Below, piece after piece: positions 48,321 through 58,632 of a stretch of 64,000 nucleotides of DNA. A model generated the notes under the pieces. The model had not been told where the DNA came from. It saw nothing but the letters and a program-made list of their open reading frames with translations, and searched no databases. The stretch is taken from NCBI GenBank assembly GCA_964291315.2, contig OZ219753.1:1088001-1152000 (forward strand), in the 5' to 3' direction. This stretch comes from Candidatus Poribacteria bacterium. Lineage in GTDB: Bacteria; Poribacteria; WGA-4E; WGA-3G. The first letter of the stretch is position 1, and the number at the start of each line of letters is the position of its first letter. The position numbers and the translations under genes are program-made.

Positions 48321-49133
48321 GTGGTAGAAGACCTTCGATTAGGTGTGATAGGCGTTGGAAAGATGGGTGGCATCGTTGTGCGCGGTATTGCTGGAAAGGC
48401 GTTCCCCTCACGGCAGATTTGGGTTACAGATCTGGATACGCGGCTCGTCAGGCAGCTCTGTGATGAAAAGGGCACAAATGACGCTGGGGACATTGATACC
48501 TTGGTAGAAAAGACCGACGTGATTCTCTGTGCAGTGCCTCCCGCGGCTGTTCCGCACATTCTGCCACAAGTTGCATGCAATTTATCAAGGGCGCAATCGC
48601 TGATTAGCATCGCTGCCGGTGTGTCGACAACAACGCTCGAGTCCTATTTTGATACACCACCTGCTGTTGTTCGGGTGATGCCGAATATCGCGGCTTCGGT
48701 AGGTGCAGCGATCTCGGTACTAACAGTGGGTAGCACAGCGAATAAAGAACATCTTGCAATAGCAGAGAGAATTTTCAACGCCTGTGGCAGCACTTTAGTC
48801 ATGGAAGAACGTCATCTTGATGCGGTCACCGGTGTGAGTGGGAGTGGCCCCGCCTATGTTGCTCTTTTTATTGAAGCTTTGGCTGATGCTGGTGTGCACG
48901 CGGGCTTACCTCGGTCAGATGCGCAAAAACTTGCAACACACACCGTATTAGGTTCAGCAGCGATGTTAGCCAGAACACAAGAACATCCTGCGATTCTAAA
49001 GAATCGAGTTACAACACCGGGTGGGACAACTGCCGCTGGACTCCATGCTTTGGAAAAAGGGGGCTTGAGGGCAACGCTTACTGAAGCCATTCTCGCCGCA
49101 ACTCAACGTTCAAAAGAACTCGACAACACATAA
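48321..49133 (+). CDS. proC: Pyrroline-5-carboxylate reductase
   Basis: 'IGVGKMG', 'ISIAAG', 'VMPN', 'SGSGPAY' and 'TTPGGTT'. Confidence 0.96.
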   Translation: MVEDLRLGVIGVGKMGGIVVRGIAGKAFPSRQIWVTDLDTRLVRQLCDEKGTNDAGDIDTLVEKTDVILCAVPPAAVPHILPQVACNLSRAQSLISIAAGVSTTTLESYFDTPPAVVRVMPNIAASVGAAISVLTVGSTANKEHLAIAERIFNACGSTLVMEERHLDAVTGVSGSGPAYVALFIEALADAGVHAGLPRSDAQKLATHTVLGSAAMLARTQEHPAILKNRVTTPGGTTAAGLHALEKGGLRATLTEAILAATQRSKELDNT

Positions 49134-49157
49134 GATCGGAAAATAACAGAAAAAATT

Positions 49158-49424
49158 ATGGATCTACTGGCTTGGGTTCTCAGTCAGCTTATTGACCTTT
49201 ATGTATTCGTCGTCATAGGAAACGCTATTCTTTCATGGTTTGTTTATGGCACACAAAATTCGACAATCAGGCAGATCTATTGGTGGACAAGTCGCATCGT
49301 GGATCCGGCGCTGGGTCCGATTCGCAGGGCCCTCGGACCAATGTCTCGAAATCTTGGTATTGACCTCTCTCCATTTATCCTGATTTTTTTGTTAATGATC
49401 TTGCAGCGGGCCCTCTTGCCATAA
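49158..49424 (+). CDS. yggT: YggT family membrane protein
   Basis: 'ILSWF...DPALGPIRR...IDLSPFI'. Confidence 0.92.
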   Translation: MDLLAWVLSQLIDLYVFVVIGNAILSWFVYGTQNSTIRQIYWWTSRIVDPALGPIRRALGPMSRNLGIDLSPFILIFLLMILQRALLP

Positions 49425-49519
49425 ACAGGGGTGAGGCGATTAGTATAAACGAAGGACAACCGTACCAGAGATCTGTTCGATAAAACAGTAAATGCTTTAG
49501 AAGCGAGCGTACGAAAAAT

Positions 49520-52288
49520 ATGGATAAAGGAACTCTGTCCGCGAAAGGCGCGACACGTAAATCTGGGAAAATAGGCGAGGCATCAGGTTCTCACCAGCTA
49601 ACCGACCGGGTAGAAGAAAAAGCGATGCTCGACATCTGGGCAGATCTCAATATTTACGCTATATTGAGTAAAGAAAGTAACACAACGGATGCTAACCCGG
49701 AACAGACCTCTCCCTCCTTTGAAACTCAAGCTTATGTGCTTCGCGAGATGCCTACTCTTGTTCATCAATTGACCCTTGACACGTTTTGTAGAAAGATTAT
49801 TCAGGATATTTTCCTGAAAGCTGAGTCAATGTGCGGCCATCGCGTCACATACGTCCCGGTGTGGGAAACTTACTCGCTCTGGATAGAAGAACAGGTTATC
49901 GCAGCAGCGAAATCCAAATCTCCAATCAAACTCTCTGCTCTTCGGAAGCGGTGCCGGGCTCGCCACAAACAGGCTTTAGAAACCCAGAAGAAGAGGTTGC
50001 ATGAGCTCGGTATTTTTGCTGATTGGGATACCTCGCAGAAGAGGCTTGAATCGCGGCAAGAAGCGAGACTCATCGCTCTTATTAGTCGATTACGGGATTC
50101 TGGCTACCTCTATGACATCCCTCAACTCAGTCCCTGGTGTCCCAAATGCACAATTCCGCTTAATGAAACCAGTGGTATACAGAGGCCAACGCAGGCATTG
50201 AAAAGCTTTGTAAAGTTTCCGTTCAATGTTGGCTTAGAGGAATTTGGCACTAATGTTTTCTTCTGTGTGCAGCTGCCTTACCTTCGAGAAATAGCAGGGA
50301 CGGTGGAATTAGGGATTACTGAGAATACCACCTATTGGCTCACTCAATTCGCGTCTGAATTTCTGCTTTTCACCGAACCACAGTTGAAAAATTTCTGTCA
50401 ACATCTTGCTAAGAGCCAACGTTATCCTAGACGGATTAAAGAGATCAAGGCAACTGAACTTACAGGATGCACTGTAGCCCATCCGCTTTTTCCATCAAAA
50501 AAGTTAGATATTAGGTTGATTCCTGAACGTTTCATCAAAGATGTTCCACATTTGCAATCGACGGATCTCTTAAAATCCGGTGTTCTGCCTCTAAGTCCGG
50601 CTCATGATCAACTCAGCTACGACATTGCACAAGAATTAAAAATGGTTTCCACGCCTATTTTTGACGAAACGGGAAGGTTGACAGAAGAAGCTGGTCACTT
50701 GTGCGGTTTATATCTATCTGATGTTGAAAAGCCTATTATCCTGCAATTAGAAAAGTTTGGATACCTTCTGAAAAGATATAACGAAGAACAGCACGAACCG
50801 CACTGTCCTCGCTGCGGGGAATTAGCAGTTTTGCGCCCGTGTTCACAATGGGAATTCTCTATTACTGAAAATCCTGCCACTGTCCAATCCCTCAACGCCC
50901 AAGATCATTGGGATAATTATGGGAACACGGAACACAAAAATATTGTTGATGTCCGAGCGGCAGTGCTGAATTTCAACAGTTTGCAAGTTTCATCACAACG
51001 CCAATGGGGGATGCCTTTACCAATATTGCTCTGTGACCAGTGTGATAAACCTCTGGCGGATAAAAATACGCTCAGCGCCATCAGGAACTCTGTCCAGCGT
51101 GGGTTTGAATCTTGGTTTCGATTAAGTGTAGAGGAGCTCTTACCGGCCAATACTCACTGTCCGAGCTGTACTTCAAGTGAATTCCGTAAAGAAGCTACGA
51201 TCATTGACTGCCATTTTGCAAACTTACTTCAAATTGTTGACAGTTCCGATTTCAAGAAAGCGCTTGGTGGTTCGACAAGCATCATGTTCGTTCCACAACC
51301 GAGTCAGAGTGATTCTAAGTGGATAAGATGGTTGGCTGAAATCAGTGTTATCTCCGCTGCGCTTACCAGAAGCCGTCCGATTAAAGAAAGTCAGCCTTTT
51401 AAACAACTAAAACTTGATGCGCTGCCAAAAATTAGCAGCAACATCGAAATTGAGGAGGCTTTCCTGAACAAATATCCAGCGGATGTGTTACGTCTTGTTG
51501 CCATGACAGCTGATCTGAGTGAGCAACGGGTTACGCAGCAACGTCTTGAGGAGATTGCAGAGGATCGCCTAATCGAGTATCAACAGCTACAAACCTTCTT
51601 AGCACACGTTAGTTTTCTCGTCCGTAGATTGCGGGAGGAAGGAAAAGATAATAGAGAGGGACATACCGAAAACGGAGACGCGAATAAAACGGATCGGTTC
51701 TCCTCTCCGGGAGAAACACGTGAGGTCAATCGGCACCCCCAGACCTCTGATGAACAGCAGGTGGAACAAGAGGATATTCACCTTGCGGGGGCACCGGCAG
51801 AACCTAATCTCGAAACATTAGATATGAATGGGCTCAGAACTACCGTCGCTGATCAAAGTTTCACTACTGATTTAGTTGTAACAACCGTTACGGCTCAGTT
51901 TCTGAAAGAAGTAGAGACGGCTTATCAACATCGACGTTTCCATGAGATGTGGAAAATGTTAACGACTTTCTGTAAGCAAGATCTTGGATTCTACGTGCAC
52001 TTGTTTGAATCGGGTGATGCTGCAATTGTTGACACAGCGCGGGACAGACTTCCACAAATCAGCATCGCGCTTCTTCAACGTTTCGCGCCGCTGACTCCTT
52101 TTTTGGCGGAACATTTCTATCGTCTGATCTCTTCAGCGGACGGAAGCGATAAGCAGAGCATTTTTCAGAAAAGCTGGCGTTCAGTGTCGCCTGCAATTAG
52201 GCAAGATATGGGGGTTTCCCCTACCAAGAAAGATGATGCAAAAGCGGAATGGGAGGCCCTCAAAAATGTCCATAATACAGAAGTCTAA
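49520..52288 (+). CDS. Isoleucyl-tRNA synthetase-like protein with degenerate catalytic motifs
   Basis: Collinear with IleRS (YVPVWETYSLWIE, HPLF, SQRQWGMPLP, ADVLRL, APLTPFLAE) and located upstream of lspA, but lacks HIGH and KMSKS. Confidence 0.8.
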   Translation: MDKGTLSAKGATRKSGKIGEASGSHQLTDRVEEKAMLDIWADLNIYAILSKESNTTDANPEQTSPSFETQAYVLREMPTLVHQLTLDTFCRKIIQDIFLKAESMCGHRVTYVPVWETYSLWIEEQVIAAAKSKSPIKLSALRKRCRARHKQALETQKKRLHELGIFADWDTSQKRLESRQEARLIALISRLRDSGYLYDIPQLSPWCPKCTIPLNETSGIQRPTQALKSFVKFPFNVGLEEFGTNVFFCVQLPYLREIAGTVELGITENTTYWLTQFASEFLLFTEPQLKNFCQHLAKSQRYPRRIKEIKATELTGCTVAHPLFPSKKLDIRLIPERFIKDVPHLQSTDLLKSGVLPLSPAHDQLSYDIAQELKMVSTPIFDETGRLTEEAGHLCGLYLSDVEKPIILQLEKFGYLLKRYNEEQHEPHCPRCGELAVLRPCSQWEFSITENPATVQSLNAQDHWDNYGNTEHKNIVDVRAAVLNFNSLQVSSQRQWGMPLPILLCDQCDKPLADKNTLSAIRNSVQRGFESWFRLSVEELLPANTHCPSCTSSEFRKEATIIDCHFANLLQIVDSSDFKKALGGSTSIMFVPQPSQSDSKWIRWLAEISVISAALTRSRPIKESQPFKQLKLDALPKISSNIEIEEAFLNKYPADVLRLVAMTADLSEQRVTQQRLEEIAEDRLIEYQQLQTFLAHVSFLVRRLREEGKDNREGHTENGDANKTDRFSSPGETREVNRHPQTSDEQQVEQEDIHLAGAPAEPNLETLDMNGLRTTVADQSFTTDLVVTTVTAQFLKEVETAYQHRRFHEMWKMLTTFCKQDLGFYVHLFESGDAAIVDTARDRLPQISIALLQRFAPLTPFLAEHFYRLISSADGSDKQSIFQKSWRSVSPAIRQDMGVSPTKKDDAKAEWEALKNVHNTEV

Positions 52289-52775
52289 AATATCTTGGCA
52301 AACTGCTGCGCCACTAATCAACGTAGCGGTCCCGATGCTAATATTGGATTGGGTGAGTAAGTGGTTTGTGCAAATGCATATCACTCAGATCACAGAAGTG
52401 ATTCCGATCATTCCAGGGTTCTTTAATCTCCGGCATGATAGAAATACGGGGGCAGCTTTCGGTGTGCTTGCGGGACACAGAGTTTTACTTATTTTGATTA
52501 CTATCGCTGCCTTAGTTTTCATCATCACATACTATTTACGTTTCAAGGAGAGTCGCTGGATGCAAACCTCACTCGGCTTTCTGCTTGGTGGTGCTATTGG
52601 CAACTTTATTGACAGGATTCGCCTGGGTGAAGTCGTCGATTTCCTTCAATTCGGTATAGCAAGTAAAGGATTGTATTGGCCAACGTTCAACATTGCTGAT
52701 GTTTCCGTCTGTATTGGGGCAGGCATGCTAATTGTTTATCTATTTCGCCATCGTAATGAAAATTATCAAGACTGA
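52266..52775 (+). CDS. lspA: Lipoprotein signal peptidase II
   Basis: 'DWVSK', 'NTGAAFG', 'GAIGNFIDR', 'VVDF' and 'FNIAD'. Confidence 0.96.
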   Translation: MSIIQKSKISWQTAAPLINVAVPMLILDWVSKWFVQMHITQITEVIPIIPGFFNLRHDRNTGAAFGVLAGHRVLLILITIAALVFIITYYLRFKESRWMQTSLGFLLGGAIGNFIDRIRLGEVVDFLQFGIASKGLYWPTFNIADVSVCIGAGMLIVYLFRHRNENYQD

Positions 52776-52851
52776 CTATTGAGAGATCCACAAACAGGCC
52801 TGTGAGTCTATTCGGAAATCCAAAACTGCTTTTCATTTAGGAACGTGATCT

Positions 52852-53415
52852 ATGTATAAATTTGTCACTCAGTTTCTCACGCTTAGCTGCCTTGCGCTTA
52901 CAATAGTCTCAAATGCAGAAGCGCAATTTCGGGTAGCGCCGCCAGAAAATCAGACGCAACAAGGGGCATCGGAAAAGTATAGTGAAAGTGCGTTGCGTCG
53001 TTTTGAGATTATTACGTTGAGTTCACTGCCGTTCACTGCTGTTCACAGCTACGCGATTGTGCGCGGCATTAAAATGTACACCGAAAATCAATTTGCCCCT
53101 GAGTTATCCGTTGCGGACTATCGGGTAATCGGTATCGGTGCGGTCTCTTTGTCTCTATTTATCGGATTGTGGGATTGGTTCCATACCCGCAAAGTGGACC
53201 GGGCTGCACCACGTATTCCTGAAAGAACCAAACCTCCGTTGCCTGAAGAGGAAGAGCCTATAGAAGGGCCAATCGCTCGTCTGTCGAACACCGCGCCATA
53301 CGCAGCAAAATATAGAGGCGGATCTCTAGAAGGATCGATAGATAAAGCTCTGAATAGATGGACAAATGAGCCCGCTGCTGGTTTTGCTATATCGTTTATT
53401 CAAATTCGTTTCTAA
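52852..53415 (+). CDS. Hypothetical membrane protein
   Basis: Signal-like N-terminus and TM segments; fits the operon spacing. Confidence 0.7.
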   Translation: MYKFVTQFLTLSCLALTIVSNAEAQFRVAPPENQTQQGASEKYSESALRRFEIITLSSLPFTAVHSYAIVRGIKMYTENQFAPELSVADYRVIGIGAVSLSLFIGLWDWFHTRKVDRAAPRIPERTKPPLPEEEEPIEGPIARLSNTAPYAAKYRGGSLEGSIDKALNRWTNEPAAGFAISFIQIRF

Positions 53416-53453
53416 CTTTGGTTAATCTACTGGAATGGCTGTACAACTACAAA

Positions 53454-54407
53454 ATGCGCACTCTCTTTATGGGTACCAGCGAGTTTGCTGTTCCTGCCCT
53501 CAAATCGCTCATTTCACACAATTTTGAACTTGTAGGTGTTGTTACGCAGCCTGATCGTCCAAGTGGGCGCGGGCGGCGATTCAACCCGTCGCCTGTCAAA
53601 GTTGTAGCAACACAACACAACTTACCGATTTATCAGCCTATTCGGGCGCGAAATCAGGATTTCGTTCGGACTCTTAAAAATCTCATTCCTGATGTAATTG
53701 TTGTTGCTGCTTTCGGCCAACTTTTGCCGCAGACGGTTTTAGATATTCCGCCGTGCGGAACTATCAACCTGCATCCATCCATTCTTCCAAAGTATCGTGG
53801 TGCTGCGCCTATTCAATGGGCGTTAATTAATGGGGAGGAGGAAACAGGGGTGACACTAATGTTATTAGATGCTGGTGAGGATACAGGTGACATTATCTGC
53901 TCGGAGCGGATCCGAATTGAAAACGCAGACACGGCTTTTACTTTGACAGATCAGTTAGCAAATCTCGGTGCAAAAGGGCTTATCCGGGTACTATCAGACA
54001 TGCCAGGGAATGCTCCGCCACCTGCGACACCCCAGAATGACGCGGAAGCGACACACGCTCCCCGCTTGACAAAAGAGTCCGGGCATATGAATTGGAATCA
54101 ACCGGCAACTGCAATCCACAATCTTGTGAGGGGGACAGCAATCTGGCCAGGTGCGTACACCTTTTTTCGCGAGAATATTAGGCTCAAAATTATCAGCTGT
54201 CAACCACAGCCACAGCTGCTCGATGTGCCGCCGGGAACGCTCGAAATAGTAGGAAGGCAAAAACTGTTTGTTGCGACAGGTGATGGGGCACTCCAGCTTT
54301 TGCGAATGCAACCGGCAACTAAAAAGGCGATGGAAGCGCGAGATTTTATCAACGGCTATCAACTCCGAACGAGCGACCGATTCCTAACACAAGCGCAAAA
54401 TGAATGA
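53454..54407 (+). CDS. fmt: Methionyl-tRNA formyltransferase
   Basis: 'FMGTSEFA', 'TQPDRPSGRG' and 'NLHPSILPKYRGAAPIQW'. Confidence 0.97.
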   Translation: MRTLFMGTSEFAVPALKSLISHNFELVGVVTQPDRPSGRGRRFNPSPVKVVATQHNLPIYQPIRARNQDFVRTLKNLIPDVIVVAAFGQLLPQTVLDIPPCGTINLHPSILPKYRGAAPIQWALINGEEETGVTLMLLDAGEDTGDIICSERIRIENADTAFTLTDQLANLGAKGLIRVLSDMPGNAPPPATPQNDAEATHAPRLTKESGHMNWNQPATAIHNLVRGTAIWPGAYTFFRENIRLKIISCQPQPQLLDVPPGTLEIVGRQKLFVATGDGALQLLRMQPATKKAMEARDFINGYQLRTSDRFLTQAQNE

Positions 54408-55377
54408 CCTTAATAATACCTTATTTGCGACCTTCAAGGTTTTCCTCTATCTCTTAATACTGCTTGGTATAGCGGGGCTGTTAGTTATTTTTGTGATTAT
54501 TCCAAGGTGGGTTCGGACCGAGGAGGTACTCGTTCCGAATATTGTCGGTAAAACCTACTATGAAGCTGTTCGTATTCTTGGTGATGTTGGTCTCCAACCT
54601 TCAGAAACTCTTCAAGAAGCCAGCAGTAGTGCCCCTAAGGGTGAAGTTGTTATCCAAAACCCGCAGGCTAATTTTAGGATCAAGCACTACCAGCCTGTTC
54701 AAATCACAGTGAGTATTGGTGCGGAACTGACCCCTGTTCCTTCTGTTATTGGCAAATTGCAGGATGTGGCCTTTGATGTCTTAACTGCGGCTGGATTTCG
54801 TCCGAACCGGGTCGCCTACGTTCATTCTGAAAATTATGTCCAAGGCACTGTGATTGCACAAACCCCACCGGAGGGTGGCGGTCAACAACGTGGAGCCCCG
54901 GTCAACCTCCTTGTGAGCCGCGGCCCGACACCACAATCCCTACAGCTTCCGAATTTTCAAAAGCAGCCTGCGAATGATGTTGTATCTACGCTAGAGGGTG
55001 TCGGCCTAAAAATTGAAACACGATATAGCTCCCATCCGACGATTCCTGCTGGCGCGATTATTACCCATAACCCTTCAGCTGGCGCGATGGTCCAAACTGG
55101 AGATTTAGTTCTCCTTGAAATCAGTGGTGTGCAAGGCACCTCCCAAAAGATTGGTAGTCCCTTACCGTTCAAGCATACTGTCAGCGAAGAAGGGAAACTA
55201 TCGCGCCATGTCAGAATTGTTATAATTGACGACTACGGTGAACGCACTGAAATAGATCAGCACTATGCCCCCGGCACAGTGATTGACTTGGAACGAAAAG
55301 GGGTTCGAGTTTTTGGCAAGACACGCGTGATTATCCACGAAAATGGTGAAAAATTGCCCGAAGTCATTTATAATTAA
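54400..55377 (+). CDS. PASTA-domain membrane protein (3 PASTA repeats)
   Basis: N-terminal TM; 'VPNIVGK', 'VPSVIGK' and 'LPNF' repeats with 'G.VI.Q.P'. Confidence 0.9.
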   Translation: MNDLNNTLFATFKVFLYLLILLGIAGLLVIFVIIPRWVRTEEVLVPNIVGKTYYEAVRILGDVGLQPSETLQEASSSAPKGEVVIQNPQANFRIKHYQPVQITVSIGAELTPVPSVIGKLQDVAFDVLTAAGFRPNRVAYVHSENYVQGTVIAQTPPEGGGQQRGAPVNLLVSRGPTPQSLQLPNFQKQPANDVVSTLEGVGLKIETRYSSHPTIPAGAIITHNPSAGAMVQTGDLVLLEISGVQGTSQKIGSPLPFKHTVSEEGKLSRHVRIVIIDDYGERTEIDQHYAPGTVIDLERKGVRVFGKTRVIIHENGEKLPEVIYN

Positions 55378-55398
55378 GATGAGCTAAGGAGGACAGAA

Positions 55399-56058
55399 AT
55401 TTCTACGCTTAAGATTGCTCCCTCACTGCTCGCTGCTGACTTCAGTCGGCTCGGTGAAGAGGTAAGACGCATAGTCGCTGCCGGTGCTGATATGTTGCAT
55501 TTTGACGTGATGGATGGTGAATTCGTCCCGAATTTTGGTATCAGTCCGCCGTTCATCGCTGCTGTGCGCGAAATGACACAAATTGCTTTTGATGTGCATA
55601 TCATGGTGATGCATCCGATTCGCTATATTGACGCGCTCGCTGCAGCAGGGGCCGATATAATCACCTTCCACATTGAGAGTAAAGATAAGCCAGAAACGGT
55701 AATTTCTGCAATAAAAGCACATGGGCTTAAGAGCGGACTCGCGCTTTCACCTAAAACCCCCGTCTCTACAGTTATACCCTATTTCTCGGACATCGACTTG
55801 GTCCTATCAATGAGTGTTGATCCTGGGTTCGGAGGTCAAGTTTTCCAACACAATGCTCTTGAAAAAATAGCGTCCTTGCATCAAATAGCGCAGAAATTGA
55901 AACCGGCTCTTGAGATATCGGTCGATGGTGGCGTAACTACAGAGATTGCCCCGCTTGCAATTCGGCAAGGGGTTACAATTCTTGTGGCAGGTACGGCTAT
56001 TTTCCGGAGCGAAAACCCGGAATCAGTTATTGAAAGACTTCGGACCGCCGCCGCTTAA
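55399..56058 (+). CDS. rpe: Ribulose-phosphate 3-epimerase, apparent ATT start
   Basis: In-frame KIAPSLLAADF lies upstream of the ORF-track Met; 'HFDVMDGEFVPN' and 'MSVDPGFGGQ'; RBS AAGGAGG 6 nt before ATT. Confidence 0.93.
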   Translation: MSTLKIAPSLLAADFSRLGEEVRRIVAAGADMLHFDVMDGEFVPNFGISPPFIAAVREMTQIAFDVHIMVMHPIRYIDALAAAGADIITFHIESKDKPETVISAIKAHGLKSGLALSPKTPVSTVIPYFSDIDLVLSMSVDPGFGGQVFQHNALEKIASLHQIAQKLKPALEISVDGGVTTEIAPLAIRQGVTILVAGTAIFRSENPESVIERLRTAAA

Positions 56059-56102
56059 GGCACCGGAGCCGCCGCTCTTTAGCGCAAGAGGTGCCATATT
56101 AG

Positions 56103-56828
56103 ATGCACACCTTCTATGTTCCACCTTCTCATATCGACACTAACACCGTCACAATTACTGGCTCGGAACAGCACCATCTCCGCAATGTCTTACGTATAGT
56201 GCCTGGAAAGAGTATTCGAATTATTGATGGAAAAGGCAACGTCTATATTGCAGAGACTCTTGCTTCACTTGCACATCGATCCTCAAGCGAAGCGCGAATT
56301 CATACCCACAAATTTCATCCGAAACCTTCACCTACTCTTGTGCTGTTCCAAGGGATCCCTAAAAACGACAAGATGGAACTGATTTTGCAGAAAACGACAG
56401 AACTCGGGGTTACGCAAATTGTACCGCTCCATTCGGAGCGCGCCTTTCAAAAACCGAGTCAAAGGCGGTATGCGCGTTGGCACCGCATTGTTATTTCTGC
56501 TACGAAGCAGTGCAAACGCGCGTGGTTACCGAAGTTAAGCGAGGCGCAGCAGTTTGAGGCATATCTGACACAACTCAAAAATTTTTCGCTCCGGCTGCTT
56601 CTTAGTCCTCGCGCAGAGACACAACACATTAAGACAGTCCTACAAGAGACTTGTAAAACGGATGCCGTTGCAGTTTTCGTCGGCCCTGAAGGTGGATTTT
56701 CGGATCAGGAGATCACGGCAGCGATTGGAAGCGGTTGTATCCCTGTCACGCTTGGTGCAAATGTTTTGCGAACAGAAACTGCCGCCATTGCTGCTGTTGC
56801 TGTTACTGCCTACGAATATCAATTATAG
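56103..56828 (+). CDS. rsmE: 16S rRNA m3U1498 methyltransferase
   Basis: 'HHLRNVLR', 'QKTTELGV', 'GPEGGFS' and 'LRTETA'. Confidence 0.96.
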   Translation: MHTFYVPPSHIDTNTVTITGSEQHHLRNVLRIVPGKSIRIIDGKGNVYIAETLASLAHRSSSEARIHTHKFHPKPSPTLVLFQGIPKNDKMELILQKTTELGVTQIVPLHSERAFQKPSQRRYARWHRIVISATKQCKRAWLPKLSEAQQFEAYLTQLKNFSLRLLLSPRAETQHIKTVLQETCKTDAVAVFVGPEGGFSDQEITAAIGSGCIPVTLGANVLRTETAAIAAVAVTAYEYQL

Positions 56829-56966
56829 GGGTGCCTTTTGTTTCTCCTTTTTAATCTTCCGTTCTGGGATCAGTCCCTTAAAGGTGTTCGAACATCACCT
56901 CAACTGACGACTGATAACGGAGGAAATCCTTGACAAAGTTCTCCATTTTTTGTAAAATTTTTAACC

Positions 56967-58088
56967 ATGGATGCAAAAGAATTAACCAAAACCCTCATTG
57001 GATACAATACAGTAAGTTCTCGCAGCAACGTTGAGGTCATGGACTTCCTGACTGAGACATTAGAGTCCATTGATTGCAGAGTGGAACGGGTTGAGTACAG
57101 AGATCCAGCGGGCGTGCTGAAGGCAAATCTGATTGGGCACAAAGGCCCTGAGCAGGGCGAACCGGGACTTGCACTGCTGGGGCATATAGACACTGTACCT
57201 GCTATCGGTTGGTCAATGAATCCGTTTGAAGCGCGAATTACTGATGGGAAAATGTACGGCAGAGGCAGCTGTGATATGAAAGGCAGCGTCTCTTGTATGA
57301 TTGAAACTGCATCGCGCTACGCCGCGTCTGAGTTGAAGGCACCGCTCTACGTTGTAATCACGGCTGATGAGGAGGTGGGTTACTTGGGAGCAAGGGCAGT
57401 TATAGAAAAATCGGAGATGTTCAAAAGGTGGGGATTTCCACAGTACGGTGTTGTTGGCGAACCGACAGAGCTATATGCGGTATATGCGCATAAAGGGGCT
57501 GTTCGCTTTACGGTTACAGCGCACGGGCGGGCAGCGCACAGCAGCACGGGTGAAGGTGATAACGCAAACCTGAAGTTAATTCCCTTCCTTGCGGAAATGC
57601 GGGATATTTATGAGGAGCTGACATCTAATACCGAGTATTTCAACAATGAATTCATCCCGCCCTACACCGATTGGAACATCACTATCAGTGATGGTGAGTG
57701 CGCAGCGAATGTTACCTCTCCGCTGAGTGTCTGTAGCATAAACTATCGTCCAATGCCCGGAGATGATTCACAGGTATGGATAGATCGGGCGCGTGAATCT
57801 GCTGAGAGGCACGGTTTAGTATTCGATATGTACATCAATGCCCCCCCGGTTCGTACGGCTCCAGACGCAGAGATTATCCGCGCTGCGCTCGAAATTACGG
57901 GTGGAACTGCTGCTCAAACTGTTGCCTACAGCACCGATGCCACCGTCTTTGCTCAGTACATGGAGACTGTCATTATCGGTCCCGGTAGCATTCGACAGGC
58001 ACACACCGTGGATGAATGGATGGCACTGGATCAATTCCCACGAGGTGTCTCAATTTTTAATCAGTTCGTAGAACGGTTCTGTACCTGA
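56967..58088 (+). CDS. M20 metallopeptidase (ArgE/acetylornithine deacetylase-like)
   Basis: 'GHIDTVP', 'GRGSCDMKG', 'DEEVG', 'GEPT' and 'AHTVDE'. Confidence 0.9.
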   Translation: MDAKELTKTLIGYNTVSSRSNVEVMDFLTETLESIDCRVERVEYRDPAGVLKANLIGHKGPEQGEPGLALLGHIDTVPAIGWSMNPFEARITDGKMYGRGSCDMKGSVSCMIETASRYAASELKAPLYVVITADEEVGYLGARAVIEKSEMFKRWGFPQYGVVGEPTELYAVYAHKGAVRFTVTAHGRAAHSSTGEGDNANLKLIPFLAEMRDIYEELTSNTEYFNNEFIPPYTDWNITISDGECAANVTSPLSVCSINYRPMPGDDSQVWIDRARESAERHGLVFDMYINAPPVRTAPDAEIIRAALEITGGTAAQTVAYSTDATVFAQYMETVIIGPGSIRQAHTVDEWMALDQFPRGVSIFNQFVERFCT

Positions 58089-58176
58089 TAAACAGGCTGG
58101 CAGAGAGATAAAGAAGGGTTCTCTAGATTTTCCACATATAGGTCTGATATAGAGTGCCATTTATGGGCTGCTTATA

Positions 58177-58632
58177 TTATTGTTGATCGGTTTTGTGCGT
58201 ATTAGGTGGATCGAAAAAGACAGCGTCTGGCTTTACCCATTCCGCTTCACCGTCTGCCCATACTTCTCGTTTCCAGATAGGCACTATCTGTTTGAGGCGA
58301 TCCATTGCATACTTGCAGGCTTCAAAAGCGTCTTTGCGATGCGGTGCTGCGACTGCGACTGCTACACTGACCTCGCCGATCTCCAGCTTTCCAACGCGGT
58401 GAACTATAGCGACGCGATCCAGTCCCCATTTCTTGGTTATTTCTTGCGCGATCTCAGCCATCTTCTTCTCGGCCATCGGCGGATATGCCTCATATTCAAG
58501 ATGTTTCACCGCCCTGCCATTTGTGTTGTTGCGAACTGTACCAAGGAATAGCACGACCGCGCCAGCATCGGGGGCCTCCACTGCTTCAGACACTTCTGGG
58601 CCTATGATGATTTCAGTTGTTATCTTAAACAT
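58177..58632 (-). CDS. moaE: Molybdopterin synthase catalytic subunit
   Basis: 'GAVVLFLGTVR', 'LEYEAY', 'HRVG' and 'LKQIVPIWKRE'. Confidence 0.96.
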   Translation of the reverse strand: MFKITTEIIIGPEVSEAVEAPDAGAVVLFLGTVRNNTNGRAVKHLEYEAYPPMAEKKMAEIAQEITKKWGLDRVAIVHRVGKLEIGEVSVAVAVAAPHRKDAFEACKYAMDRLKQIVPIWKREVWADGEAEWVKPDAVFFDPPNTHKTDQQ

